A stretch of 63,504 bases of DNA, filler included, from Chiloscyllium plagiosum (Eukaryota): assembly GCF_004010195.1 (NCBI RefSeq). It is 4 parts of one record of this genome, joined end to end, with 100 filler letters (N's around TTAATTAATTAA, not from the genome) between each part and the next. Parts side by side here need not be neighbours in the genome. Positions count along the whole stretch, not along the records: positions 28,312 to 53,571 come from NC_057711.1; 3 more parts are not named here. One strand, written 5' to 3'. Made by a program: the position numbers and the translations under genes. This document shows, piece after piece, positions 34,665 through 47,929 of the stretch. Under the pieces are notes generated by a model. It searched no databases. It had not been told where the DNA came from and saw nothing but the letters and a program-made list of their open reading frames with translations. Within the stretch, counting starts at the first letter, position 1; the number at the start of each line of letters is the position of its first letter.

Positions 34665-35135
34665 GTCATAGGATGTACGGCACGGAAAAAGACCCTTCGG
34701 TGCAACTCGTCCATGCCGACCAGATATTCTAATCTAGTCCATTTGCCAGCACTTGGTCCACATCCCTCTAAAACTTTCCTATTCATATACCCATCCAGAT
34801 ACATTTAAAATGCTGTAATTGTACCAGCCTTCACCACTTCCTCTGGCAGTTCATTCCACACATGCACCACTGTTTGCATGAAAACATTGCCGCTTAGGTC
34901 ACTTTCAAATATTTCCCCTCTCAACCTAAACCCATTCCCTTCCTACAGTTCTGGACACCCCCACCCCAGATAAAAGACCTTATCGATTTGTCCCTCATGA
35001 TTGTATAAACCTCTATAAAGTCACTCCTCGACCTCTGACACTTCAGGAAAATAGCCCCAGCCTGTTAAGCCTCTCCCTGTAGCTCAAATCCTCCAACCCT
35101 GGCACCATCCTTATAAATCTTTTCTGAATTCTTTT
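34665..35135 (-). mobile_element. CR1 3' end
   Basis: Reverse complement of the CR1 C-terminus and 3'UTR. Confidence 0.8.
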
Positions 35136-35149
35136 AAGTTTCACAACCA

Positions 35150-36228
35150 GAATTGCAGACAATATTCCCTTTTAGGGTACATGGAACATTCCTTTTTCCA
35201 GTCCTATTCCGGCCCCCCACCCACAACTCATTTTCCAGTATATCATCATCATCATTGGTACTGCCTCCCTCTCTTTCAGAACTGGAAAAGTTTGTCGATT
35301 TTGCTTCCAATTTCCACCCTGCTTTCACCTTCATCTGGCTCACCTGACTTCTCCCTGCCCTTCCTCAACATCTTGGTTTCCATTTCTGTGGATAGACCAG
35401 CCAACAATATCTTTTATAAACCAGTCAACTCCTACAGTTACCGAGACTATACATCCTCACACCCTGCTTCTTATGGAGTCGATTCCATTCTCTCAATTCC
35501 TCTGTATCCGTCGCATTTGTTCCGATGATGCCAACTTCGACAAGGGAGCCTCCAAACTGTCCACCTTCTTCCTCAACAGAGGATTCCCTAGAACAATCAT
35601 TGATGAGGCCCTCAGCCGGATCAGACCCATCTTTTGTAGTTCAGCCCTACCCAACCCCCCCCCCCCCCCCACACTTCCCTCCTGCAACAGTAACAGGGTC
35701 ACCCTTATTCTTACCTACCATCGCACCAGCATCCACATCCAGAGGATAATTAGCTGCCATTTCTACCACCTCCAGCTAGATGTCATCACCGGACAGATAT
35801 TCCCCTCCCCTCCCCTCGCTTGTCAGCCTTCCACAGGGACCATTTGCTCTGAAACACCCTGGTCCACTCTTCCTTCACTCCTGATTCCCCCCCACAGCCT
35901 CACGGCACCTTCTGCTGCAACCACAGAATGTATAACACCTGTCTGTTTACTTTCTCCCTCCTCGGTATCCAAGAGTCGAAACACACCTTCCCAGTGAAGC
36001 AACACTTTACCTGCACTTCACACAGTCTAGTTTACTGCATTTGCTGCTCACAATATGGTCTCCCCTACATTGGTGAAACAAAGTGTAGGCTGGGTGATTG
36101 CTTTGCAGAACACTTGTATTCGGTCTGCAAAAAAGACCGCGAATCTCCAGTTGGCTGCCACCTCAGTACACCGCTGTGTTCCCTGGCCAATATCTCTGTC
36201 TCAGGCTTGCTGCAGTGCTTCAGTACTA
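35150..36228 (+). mobile_element. Penelope-like element RT and GIY-YIG endonuclease, decayed
   Basis: SLPFLNILV, IPFSQFLCIRRICSD, FLNRGFP and LVYCICCSQYGLPYIGETKCRLGDCFAEH (GIY-YIG). Confidence 0.88.
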
Positions 36229-36709
36229 AGTAATAACTGTTCCAATATAACAACTTATTTATCTTTCCATAGACTGCTCTGAATCTGTCCCTCTCTCTCA
36301 AAGAAACCAGGACAAATCAAACCTCTTAAAGCCACAGTAACATCATGGTGTTTAAGAACCGTGATTTAGACAGATAGATGAATCATGTGCAATGTTCAAA
36401 CAAGGAGGATTTAGGTTGGATTAGATTCTTAAATAGGTCTGCTATTCAGAGGGTCAGTGTGGAGTGGTTGTTGTGAGTCCATTCACAGTCTGCGTGGAAA
36501 CTGCTTTAAATAGGCTGTGGGTACCCCACCCATGTTTTCCTTTTGGCTGGCATCCACTTTCTAATGAGAAATGGGCAGACAGCATTTGAAAATAAATCAC
36601 CCTCAATGTTTCCCACTTTATGTCACACAGTAGTATCATACATCACAGAAAAAGACCCATCATGTCTATGCCTACCAACAACACTAAACTATACAATTCC
36701 CTTCAGAAG

Positions 36710-38625
36710 ATAGAAAATAGAACATAGAACAGTACACCACAGGAACAAGCCATTTGGCCTATGATGATGTGCCAAACATGATATAAAAACAAACTAATCG
36801 CTTCTGCCTGCCCTTAATACAATTCCTTCCATTCCTTGCATTTTCAGTGCTTATCTCAAAGTCCCATAAATGACCTTTTCGTATCTGCCTCAATACCATC
36901 CTTGGAAGTGCATTCCAGACTCCTACAATCCTCTGTAAAAGCTTGCCCCTCATATCTCTTTTGAACTTTAGGCTCTCGCCTTAAAATGCATGCCCCTTAG
37001 TATTCGACATTTCAACTCTAGGAAGAAGATTCCGACTGTCAACCCTACTTATACATCTCAATATTATAGGCTTCTTTCAGGTCTTCCCTTAGCCTCCGCT
37101 GTTCAAGAGAAAACAACTTGAGTTTTTAAAGCCTGTCCTTATAGCTCATATCCTTTAATCCAGGTAGCATCCTCTTCTGCACCCTCTCCAAAGCCCCTAC
37201 ATACTTTCTGTAATCTGGCAACAGAATTTAATGTAATACTCTAAGTGTGGTCTAACCAAAGTCTTCTAAAGCTGCAACGTGACATTCTGACTCTTGTACT
37301 CAATTCCCTGACTAAGCATGCCATTCACCACCTTTACCACATATATCTACTTGTATGGGCACTTTCAGGGAGCTATGGACTTCAACCCCAAGATCCTTCT
37401 GTACATCATGTTGTACATTGCTATTGCCATTAACTGTATACCTTTCCTTAACATTTGATCTCCCAAAGTCCAGTACTCAATTTGCCATTTCTCAGCTCAC
37501 ACCTGCAACTGATCGATATCCCAATGAATCCTTTGACTACCTTCTACAGAATCCATCACTCAACTGTTCTTTGTGTCATCTGCAAACATATTCACCTGCC
37601 CATCTACATTTTCATCTAATTTAATTTTACATCACAAACAGCAGAGGTCCTGGTACAGATCCCTGCGGAACACCACTAGGTGTTCACAGATGTCCACCGC
37701 GACCTTCTGTCTTCTATGGGCAAGCCAATTCTGAATCCACATGGCCAATCACTGTGGATCCCATGCATCTTAATCTTCTGATATGCATACCATGTTGAAG
37801 GTCTGACCAAAGTCCATGTAGACAACATCCACTGCTCTACCCTCATTGATCACCTTTGTCACCTTCTCTTAAAATTTAATCAAGATAGTAAGATATGCCC
37901 TGCCCTGCACAAACCCATGCTGACTGTCACTAATTAGGCCATGGTTTTCCAAATGTGCGTAAATCCTATCCCAAAGAATTCTCTCCAATAGCTTCCCAAC
38001 CATTGATGAGACTCACTGGTCTATAGTTTTCTGGATAATCCCTATTTCCCATCTTGAACAGAGGGACAACATTAGCAACTCTCCAGTCCTCCGGGAGCTC
38101 CCCAGTAGCTAGTGAGATTACAATAATCTTGGTCAATGCCACAGCAATCTCCTTTATTGCGTCTCTCAACAACCTGGGGTAACTACCTGCAGGCCCTGGG
38201 GATTTATCCACCTTCATTCTCCTCAAAAGACCCAACATCACTTTTTTCTTGATCTCAAAATGCCCTAGTATATTAGCATTCTCCACACAAATCTCACTAT
38301 CCTCCATATCCTTCTCCTGGGTGAATACTCATTTAGGATCTCACCCAAATCCTCTGCCTCCACATTCCCTCCTTTACCCTTGAGTGGTCCTACCTTCTCC
38401 CTAATTATGCTCTTGCTTTTAAAGTATCTATAAAATACCTTCTGTTTAACCCTACTTGCCAAGGTCACTTCATGGCCCCTTCTTGCTTTCTTAATTCCCT
38501 GCTGGAATACTTTCCTACTTCCACACATTCCTGATAGGTCAGGTTTGATTTTAGCTTCCTGAACTTTACAAATGCTTCTCTTTTCCTTTTGACTGCATCT
38601 GGTACATAGCCTACTATTTTCAGCG
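36710..38625 (-). mobile_element. CR1 ORF2 and 3' end
   Basis: DKSPGPAG, WRVANVVPLFK and NYRPVSL motifs; tail at ~36715. Confidence 0.85.
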
Positions 38626-39155
38626 TTCACCTAATTACTTTTTGAATGTTGTAAGAGTACCTATCTCCACCACCCTCTCAGGCAGCACGTTCCATACATT
38701 AACTACTCTCTAGATGAAAAAATGTTTCTTCAAATCCCCTCTAAACATTAAATTGATCTAAGCTCTCTAGTTTAATGTCTGCATGGGGAACAGATTCACA
38801 TGATCTGCACTATCTATCCTTCTTACCTCAGATTCCCCTCAGCCTCCTCTGCTCCAGGGAAAACAAACCCAGCCTAATCAGTTTCTTCTCATGTCTGAGA
38901 CTTTCCATTCTCGGCAAATTGTTTAATCTCCTCTGCACCCTTTGTAGTGCAAACATGCCCTTCTGATAATGTGGTGGCCAGAACTACATAGAGCATTCCA
39001 TCTTTGGCCTAACCAATGTTTTATAAAGTTGTAACAAGACTTTCTTGCTGCTATGTTGTATGCCCAGTTAATGAAGAAAGCATGTACCCTCTCTACCTGT
39101 TCTGATATTTTCAGGAATCCATGGGCGTGTACACCAAGCTCCCTTTATTCCTCAG
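38625..39155 (-). mobile_element. CR1 C-terminal fragment
   Basis: Decayed FWPPHYQK and WNVLPERVVE motifs. Confidence 0.65.
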
Positions 39156-39157
39156 TA

Positions 39158-39374
39158 CAGTCGATTCCGCTGTACTGGGATAGTTCTGTTCTCTTGCAAT
39201 CCCGTATTATAAGAAAATCATGTAATAGCACCACCATTTAAACTAATGGGGCTGGAATCGCGTTTAACCAATACATGCTTAAAAACTTCACGCTTTCAAA
39301 ACAGTGTCCCCAGTTCATCAATTGTGTTATAAAACATTCGTGTTATCGGAATACACATTATAGCAGACTTGACT
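39158..39374. mobile_element. pogo/Tigger-type MITE
   Basis: TA then CAGTCGATTCCGCTGTA at the left end; imperfect inverted end TTATAGCAGACTTGACT at the right. Confidence 0.55.
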
Positions 39375-39970
39375 TCTTCAGTCAGAGCATCAAGTACAGG
39401 AGTTGGGACATCATGTTTTGGCTTTACAAGACATTGGTAATGCCACATTTGGACAATTTGTACAATTCTGGTCACCCTGTTATAGGAAGAGTGTTGTTAA
39501 ACTGGAAGGAGTGCAAAAAAGGATTTGCAAGGACGTTACCAAGACTGCACCATTTAAGTTATAAGGAGAGGCTGGATAGGTTGGGACATGAGGGGTGACC
39601 TTATAGAGGTTTATAAAATCATGAGGGGCATGGATGAGGTGAATAGCTAAGGTCTTTTCCTCAGCATAGGGGGTTTAAACTAGGAGACATAGGCTTAAAG
39701 GTGAGAGGGGAAAGATTTAAAGTGGACCTGAGGGGCAACCATTTCACACAGAGGGTGATGCAAATATGAATTGAGCTGTCCAAGAAGGTGGCAGATGCAG
39801 GTAAAATTGCAAAATATAAGACACTTGGACAGGTACATGGCTAGGAAATGGTTAGAGGAATATGGAGCAAATTTAGGTAAATGGGGCTGGTCCATTTTAG
39901 GAAACCTGGTTGGCATGGACGAATTGGGCCAATGGATCTGTTTCTGTGCTTATTAACTCCATTACTCTAT
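39375..39970 (+). mobile_element. CR1 3' portion
   Basis: QSIKYRSWDIM and LSYKERLDRLG motifs plus 3'UTR. Confidence 0.8.
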
Positions 39971-39974
39971 TAGC

Positions 39975-40820
39975 CACCCGCACAGTTTTCAGATACCGCA
40001 TCCATGGCTGATGATACAAATATTTCCGCTAGGGACCTCACAATTTGTTCTCTAGCTTTCCACAACTTGATCAGATCTCAGGGATTTATCTACCTTAATG
40101 CATTAAACCTCCAGCACCTCCTCTTTTGTAAAGTCGACTTTTTTCAAGTCATCACAATTTATTTCCCAGAGTTCCCTAGCTTTCATGTTTTTTTCCATGG
40201 TAAATACTGACAAGAAATATTTGTTCAGGATCTCACCCATCTCCTTTGATTCCACACATAAATGGCTTTGGTGATCTTTAAGGGGCCCTATTCTCTTTAT
40301 AGATACTCTTTTGCCCTAAATATACTTGTATAATTTCTCAGGATTGTCTTTTACCTGGTCTGCCAAAGATATCTCATGTCTTCTCTTCGTCCTGATTTCC
40401 CACTTAAGTGTACTCTTATACCCTCTATACTCCTCAAGAGATTTACTTGATTGCAGCTGTCCATACCTGATATATCTCCTTTTTCTTAACCACAGCCTCA
40501 ATATCTCTAGTCATCCAGGGTTACTTACACCTGCCAGCCTTGCCCTTCACACTAACAGGGACATGCTGGTCCTGAACTCTTGTTATCTCACTTTAGAAAG
40601 GCTTGCTCTTGCCAGAGACCATGTACCTGTGAACAATTAACTCCCGCAATCAGCTTTTGAAACTTCCTGTCTAACATAATCAAAACTGGCCTTTCCCAAT
40701 TTAAAACTTTATATTGTGGCTCAGACCTGTCCTTTTCCAGAATTATTTTAAAACTGATTCCAAAGTGCTCTCCCACTAACACTTCAGTAACTTGCCCTGC
40801 CTTATTTACCAAGATTACAG
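39975..40820 (-). mobile_element. CR1 ORF2 fragment
   Basis: GQVTEVLVGEHFG and HEISLADQVKDNP motifs. Confidence 0.8.
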
Positions 40821-41293
40821 TATTTCCAATAAATGGTTTGCTGTAAAATCCATTGTCTGCTGCAAGTCCCACCAATCCCCAACTCATTATCCCCAACTCT
40901 CCTTGCAATAATGGCATTAAATATACAATAAAATTGCTTCAGAGATTGAATTACATCAAACCCTGTTTTTGCATTTTAATGAAGTCTTTATTTGCTTCTA
41001 GGAGATGGCACAGAACCAGCAAATGCATTACTCGCAGCTAACATTTTAAGCCACAAGCCCCATGTCTGACACAGAGATGAGAGATGGGTTTTAAATTGGA
41101 CTTTTGCTGTCTTTGCTAAATATAAAGCTATAACATAGCTGATACCAATGGAACCAGGAATTTAAGAGAGTGTAAGAAGGGAAAAAATAGTTGAACGAAA
41201 AGAATGAAATCAAAAATTACTGTTGTGAATGTAACCCATCTGTGGAATGCCAGTTTCTGGAAAGTTTCTGCAAATGCGAGAAATGATTTTTAC

Positions 41294-41347
41294 CTTCCCA
41301 CAGTTTCTCACGAAGGAATTTTTTCATGACATGAGAGATTGAAGTCT
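41294..41347 (-). pseudogene. Candidate 54-nt exon
   Basis: Acceptor tacttgcacag| and donor AAG|gtaaaa. Single open frame TSISHVMKKFLREKLWE. Confidence 0.3.
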
Positions 41348-41809
41348 CTGTGCAAGTAGTACAAACATGAGGCATGTATGATACCAAATAAAATAAACTA
41401 ATGACATTTTTCATCGACTATTTAGGTCTGAGTAAAAAATCAAGTGTAAGCAGCCTAAGCACATTCAAAACGTTAATAAGATGATCTGAGTGAGCTAAAT
41501 GTCTGTCCAAATCCTGGCAAGGGCTCATAGCTTCTGTGGTTTGCTCTGGACTAGAGACCCCCATCTCTCTTTTTTGAATAAATGTCAGGCTTCTTTTTCC
41601 TAAATTCCAGAGGGAATTTCAAAGTGACTGCCTGTACAAACTAAGCAAGGTTAATCCCAAGCAGAGTAAATGTGAAACAGATGTAATTCTACACAAAATT
41701 TGATTTTAAAAACATTAAATTAAATGCAAACATCAAAAAGAGATTGCACTATTATTTTTGCACTGAAGGAGATCATACAGATAGTGAAAGACCAAAGATA
41801 AAACAGGGG

Positions 41810-43050
41810 ATGTGGCGAAGATGATTTATGAGGGAGAAGTAGTTAATGTTGTCTACATGGACTTCAATAAAGCCATTGCCAAGGTCTCTCATGGCAGACT
41901 GGTAGAAAAAGGTGAAGTCACATGGTAGCAGGGGTGAGCTGGCAAAATGGGCACAGAATTAGCTTAGTCATAGGAGACAGAGGGTTGCAGTGGAAGGATG
42001 CTTTTAGAGATGGAGGATTGTGACTAGTGGTGTTCCACAGGGATCAGTGCTGGGATTTCTGCTGTTGAAAGTCTACAAACATGATTTGGAGGAAAACATA
42101 GCTGTTCTAGTTCGTAACTTTGTGGATGATACAAAGATTGATGGTGTTGTGGATAATGAGAAGGATTGTCAGAAGATAGATCCAGATATAGATCAGTTCG
42201 AGGCATAGGCATAAAAATGCCAGATGGCACTTAATCTGGACAAATGTGAGGTGAAACATTTTGGAAGGTCAAGTACAGGTAGAAATTATACAGTAAATGG
42301 CAGAACCCTTCATAGTATTGATTTGCAGAGTGATCTGGGTGCAAAGCTCTACAAATAACTGAAGGTGGTAGTGCAGATAGATAAAGTAGCAAAAAAAGGC
42401 TGCTGGCATGCTTACCTTCATTGGAGGAGGCATTAAGTATAAGGACAGACAAGTTATGCTGCAGTTTTATAGAACCTTAGCTAGGCCACAATTGGAATAT
42501 TGCATAGAGTTCTGGTCAACACACTGCTAGAAGTATGTGGATGCTTGGACAGGGTACAGAAAATGTTGACCAAGATGTTGCCTGGAATGGAGGATTTTAG
42601 CTACAAAGAAAGGTTGGATAGACTTGGTTTGTTTTTGCTGAAATGCAGGAGATTGAGGGTCAACCTGACAACACTTAGGATTGTGAGTGGTGTGGATAGA
42701 GTGGGAAATAAGTGCTTTTTCCCAAGGTGGAGGGATTAATTACTAGGGTACATAGGTTCAAAGTACAGTGGAGGGGGGGGGGGAATCTGGTGGTAAGTAA
42801 CGTTTAAAAGGGATGTGTGAGACATGTTTCTCACAGAAAGGGTGGTGAGTGCCTGGAACGTGCTGCCAGAGGTGGTAGTGGATGCAGACACAATAGCAGC
42901 ATTCAAGGAACACCTGGATGAACATGTGAATAGGAAGGAAATAAGAGGATATGGATCCTGTAAGTGAAGGCAAATAGTATGGAAGGGCAAAATATATCAT
43001 CACAGGCTTGGAGGGTTGAAGGCCTGTTCCTGTTCTTATTGTTCTTTGTT
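41810..43050 (+). mobile_element. CR1 RT and 3' end
   Basis: SGVPQGSVLG, FVDDTK and FSYKERLDRLGLF motifs. Confidence 0.85.
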
Positions 43051-43905
43051 TTCATGTTGGCATGTTTCACATAATATGGAGATATTAACATATTTGAATA
43101 TATTTTCCATAATGTAATTAAGAAGGGGGGAGTCATTCCACAATTAGTGTCGGGAAGTGGGTAAAGGAAAGAAATAGCCCAATACATGGAATTCCCAAGG
43201 TTTCCTAGCAATGTACAAACGAGCAGAGGAATAGGAAGAGGAAGAAAGATCTGCTTGGCACTTCAAGGAAACATTCAGCCTGATGTTAACCAGTTTCTAG
43301 CTCTTTTCTATGCCTGCCATTGATCAGTCCCAATCTGGAGCCTGCCAAAAAAAAAAAAATCGGTGCTCACCCCGCACTGCCTGGATTACAATTGCCATTA
43401 CACAAGACTGCTTGCTGGGCTCCTTGGATTTGGATTCCAGCTGCTGGTTTAACTGCCCCAGCTGTCTGTCAATCGGGCTGTATTGAAGTCCAGGTTGACT
43501 AACAGAGTAAGATGAAACATGAAAATCAAAAATATGGAAAAAAACTAAAAGAGTGACTAAAACATTTACTTCAGCTCGTGCTAGAAACATTGCAATCGAT
43601 CTCAGAACCCTTATTTCATGGAAGGAATTAGCTTCTGTCAAGGGTTCTTCCTCCTAAGCCTTTGCCAGTCACCTTGTTAGAGAACTACAAACAGTGGTTG
43701 TATTGAGAAGTCTACATCATGATTAAAGGCAGTGGGTTACAAAAACAGTGTAAGCAAGCTTTTTCTGCAGGATGAACAAATCAGCTCACACCCTCAAAGT
43801 TTAGTGGTCAATTGGAGTCATAAAAGATAAATTAGATTTTTTTGGGTAGTTCTGAGGTATATAAATATGTCTTGCATTCATGTAAGGATTATATTTTATC
43901 AGCAG

Positions 43906-44672
43906 TGTAAACCAAGAATAACAGGCATGGAACATCTTTGGTTGCAGGTATAGAGACTGAAGATATAGAAACTGGACCATTATAATGAAATAATAAGGAT
44001 TTGAGCATTCACTACCCTGTCACTGAGCTTAGCAACCGTAATATAAGGCTCCCCACAAGTCCCACATGTGTGTTTTATCTGTTTGCATATATGAGTGGGC
44101 ATTGGGTAGAATGTGGAGCTAGCTTGGTTCTATATTTTGTTAGATGGTTACACATTTGGGTCACTGCCATATAGATGGCAAAAATATCTGGAATGACAAA
44201 CCAATTTTCCAGTAGCCTGACATAGTGGTCTCATCCCAGCTGTGTCTTCAGGGTATTCCATCATTCCTTATTGGGCTTTCTCCGAGCCAAGGAGCTGTTA
44301 ACTGAACTGTGATGAACTTCGTCTTACTTTTTTTATATAACTTCTGTCACTTATGTAGATGCCTCAGTGGGATGACATCCAAAACTTTTCACTGTATCTT
44401 CCATGTAAAAGTACATATGAAAATGAATTTCTATTCTATCCTATTAAATGAAAGTGAATGTAAACCAAGAGTAACATGCATGGAATATCATTGCAGATAT
44501 AGGGATTGAAGATATAGGAACTGGACCACTATATTGCATTCAAAAGCCTGTCACTGAGCTCAGCAACTGTAATATGAGGTTCCTCACAACCCCTACTACT
44601 GCATTTGTGTGTTTTATCTGCTTGTATAATTTTCTATATAGGTGGACATTAAGCAAAAAGTGGAGCTAGCTT
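43906..44672 (+). repeat. Diverged local direct duplication (43906-44125 and 44459-44672)
   Basis: Shared TGTAAACCAAGA, TGAAGATATAG.AACTGGACCA, CCTGTCACTGAGCT and GTGGAGCTAGCTT. Confidence 0.8.
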
Positions 44673-44887
44673 TTTTCTACACTTAAGCTCACTTCATGAT
44701 AAAATATCCTGAAAGTAGGGCTTGTAATAATAACCCCATCTTGACCAAGCTGACTTTGGTGGACCCTCAACTTCAACAAGGGAGTAAGTGCCTACAAAAT
44801 AGGTTGGGGTGGGGGAAATACTATCAAGAAATTATAACATTCATCAGCAATGCTCTGAATAAGTTAAATAAGGTCAGACGTAACCAG

Positions 44888-45260
44888 GTTAAAATCACAC
44901 AACACCAGGTTATAGTCCAACAGGTTTATTTGGAAACACTAGCTTTCGGAGTGTCGCTCCTTAATCAGGTGGTTGTAGAGAATACAGTTATAAGACACAG
45001 AATTTATAGCAAAAGTTTGCAGTGTGATGTAACTGAAATTATCCATTGAAAAATACTTCAATTATTTGTTAAGTCTCTCATCTGTTAGAATGACCACATT
45101 AGTTTTACTTCTTTCATATATAAATCACAATTTTTTTAAAAAAGTAACATTCTCAAGTGAACTTTAACAATTGATGTCAGCCCAAATATTGAAGGTGTTA
45201 GCCACCTGTGTGCTGCTGTCTGTGCCATTTTGTTTAGACTGATTCTAATCTAAAAAAGAT
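44888..45260 (-). mobile_element. Penelope pLTR fragment with mutated hammerhead
   Basis: Minus strand CAC-CTGATTA-AGGAGCGACACTCC-GAAA-GCTA-GTG. Confidence 0.7.
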
Positions 45261-47474
45261 TGTTGTTGTATAAGATTTTGCCTATATCTTAGTTCAGCAA
45301 ATACCAATTTCGGAACAATATGGTCAGGGCCTCAGCAACCTCCACACCTCCCTCAGCAACTCCCATACTTTCCTCATCACCCAAGGATGGAGCCTATTCC
45401 AATAAGGACACTTTGTCAATTTGAGCATTAACAAGCTTATTTAAAAATAATCAATTATAGATATATAATGATTTAAATTCAGATTTATATATTTTTATCT
45501 TATCCAATTTTTTTGTGACCTCTTGCTTTACCTTGACACCAGGTAGAATTCTCTTGTATTGAAACCTTAGCCATGTCCTCTGACTCCACAAGAACAACTT
45601 TTTGACCCATAACTTGATTACACCATTTTCTTACTAACCTTTCACATTAGATGTTTATAAAACAGTTTTAATTTTTCTTTCCTATTTGTCTCTAACCCAG
45701 TCTTATGGGCACGCTTTACAGTCTTTCTACCTTTTTTTATTTACCTGCTGTATTAATTTCGTTCTCTGACATTTGTTATAGCCTCCGATGGTTCATTTTC
45801 TCACTGGCAGTAAAAATGTCATACAACAGAAACACTTGAATGACATATCAAAGCATTAATAAATTAAAAGATAGCAACCCTTCACCGTTGTAACTTGGCA
45901 ACCATTTTTACAGTTTCCACATAATATATTTGTATAACTTGACATTTTAAAAAAAAATTGGGTCTGAGCAGCTGTGAAGAATCAGTTCCCGTGTGCTGCC
46001 TTCATGTTTAGTGGTTTACGTGTCACTGTAACTTCAATTATAGCATATCATACATATTAAAGTTATCAAACAGTTGCTTTGCTCCAATTTATTTATTTTG
46101 AGAAGGTGTTCAGCTAGTTGGGATATAGTTTCATGGCTCCCATGAATTTCATTGCATCGGGTTTCTTCATGTTCGATCATAGGTAGAGCAATGTGAGGCC
46201 ATCCAAGCTGGCCAAATCGTGCTGTCAGTCAACTTAAAGATTCACTTGCTCCAACACTAGCACACAGTGGCAGCCATATGTACCATCTATAGGATGCTCT
46301 CCAGGAACTCAACAAGGCTTCTTTGACAGCACCTACCAATCTGTGACTTCTAACCACTTTTAAAGACAAGGACAGCAGATGTGTGAAAACACCATCAACT
46401 GCAAGTTCCCTTCAAAGCTGCACACCTTCCTAATGTGGGGCTATATCACCATTCCTTCGTCTACCATACATTAAAACCCTGGAACTTTCTTCCTAACAGC
46501 ACAGTGAGTGTTTTTGCTTCACATTACATCCATAAGAACAGGGACTTCATTTCAAACTTACTTCACTGCCACATAAATGTGTCTTAAATGTTTCCATACT
46601 GCTACTAGACTTAAACACTTTGGGATGTCTTGCAATTATCAAAGGTGCAATGTAAATGCAAGACTTTCTTTCTTAACTTCCTAATCTGAATGACTCTCTT
46701 CAAGACTGAGGAGCATTTTGCCAACTAAGCTGGCAGAACTTTCTTAATAACATACTCCTGTAGATGTATCTCTCTTGCTTATGGCCTAGGTTGCACCAGG
46801 TCCAGTTCTGTTATCACCCACGTATTCACCAAACAATACTGGCTCCCAGTTAAGCACCAGAGTTTAAAATACAATACTCTTTAAACCTTCACTTTGATCA
46901 TACTTTTAATAACTTACATGGCTCAGTTTCAAATTTTATTTTGGTAGCACTGCTGTGATGAACTTTGTGAAATTGTGTAATATGTTAGAAGTGCAAAATA
47001 AATACCAATTGTTAATGTGTGGGCGCGACCATACATGACACACATTGATTGTTTAACCTGCTAGTCTAAACAAAGGCAATCTTCCATTGTATTGTATTTC
47101 ACTTTTCAAAATATTAGGATGTTCCAAAATTGCCTTTTACTCAACCAAGTCTTTTTCTTTACATTCTAACAGTGACTTAACTTGAAATAATGCAGCAGCT
47201 AATTTGTGCATAAGAAGCTTCCACAAACAAAATAACAATCTAAAAACGAGAAAGGTACTATGCATTGATTGTGTTAATCACTAAGACACTGGTTAAGAAC
47301 TCTTCTGTTCTCTTTTAAATATGCCAAATCTAATAACTTTACCTGGGAAAAGCAACATACTATGTGAAACACAGATGTGAAATATATTTCATAAACACAA
47401 GACCATACTCATTTTCACTCCTATCTCTTATCAGCAGTTAGAAAATCAAGCATGTAACTGGATATGTTCCCAAC

Positions 47475-47528
47475 CTGAAGACATTCAGAGTCTGAAACAT
47501 GACCATGATCTCAATAGCCTCAAACATC
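47475..47528 (-). pseudogene. Candidate 54-nt exon
   Basis: Acceptor ttttattttgtatttctacttttaatacttcag| and donor CAG|gttggg. Open frame MFEAIEIMVMFQTLNVF; other frames give CLRLLR and HGHVSDSECLQ. Confidence 0.5.
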
Positions 47529-47929
47529 CTGAAGTATTAAAAGTAGAAATACAAAATAAAATCATCACAACAGACCCATTACTTATTTTTGCAACAACTT
47601 TCCAACTAAATTAAAATGAAACTATCCCAGTTAACTCCATTCTTTCATTGTTATATCCTCTTTGATAAGCACAATATTTTTTAGTATTACATGTACAAAA
47701 ACATTCTGATAACATCCAGAGAACAAAGCACACTACCATATTTTGGTGCAGAACTTATACTTAATAAGTTTAATATTCAATTTCAGCTATTCCATCAAAC
47801 ATTGTACATTGTAAAAATAGAACACTGTAAATGAATGTGCAGCATAAACACCAGCATTAATCTGTTGGGTTTACAGCCTGTTTCCGTGCTGTAAATGCTA
47901 AATTATACTTGTGAATTATGTAATGTTTC

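Noticed and set aside
43570..43653. Minus-strand exon EEEPLTEANSFHEIRVLRSIAMFLARAE
   Set aside because: The acceptor lacks a polypyrimidine tract and the donor is weak.
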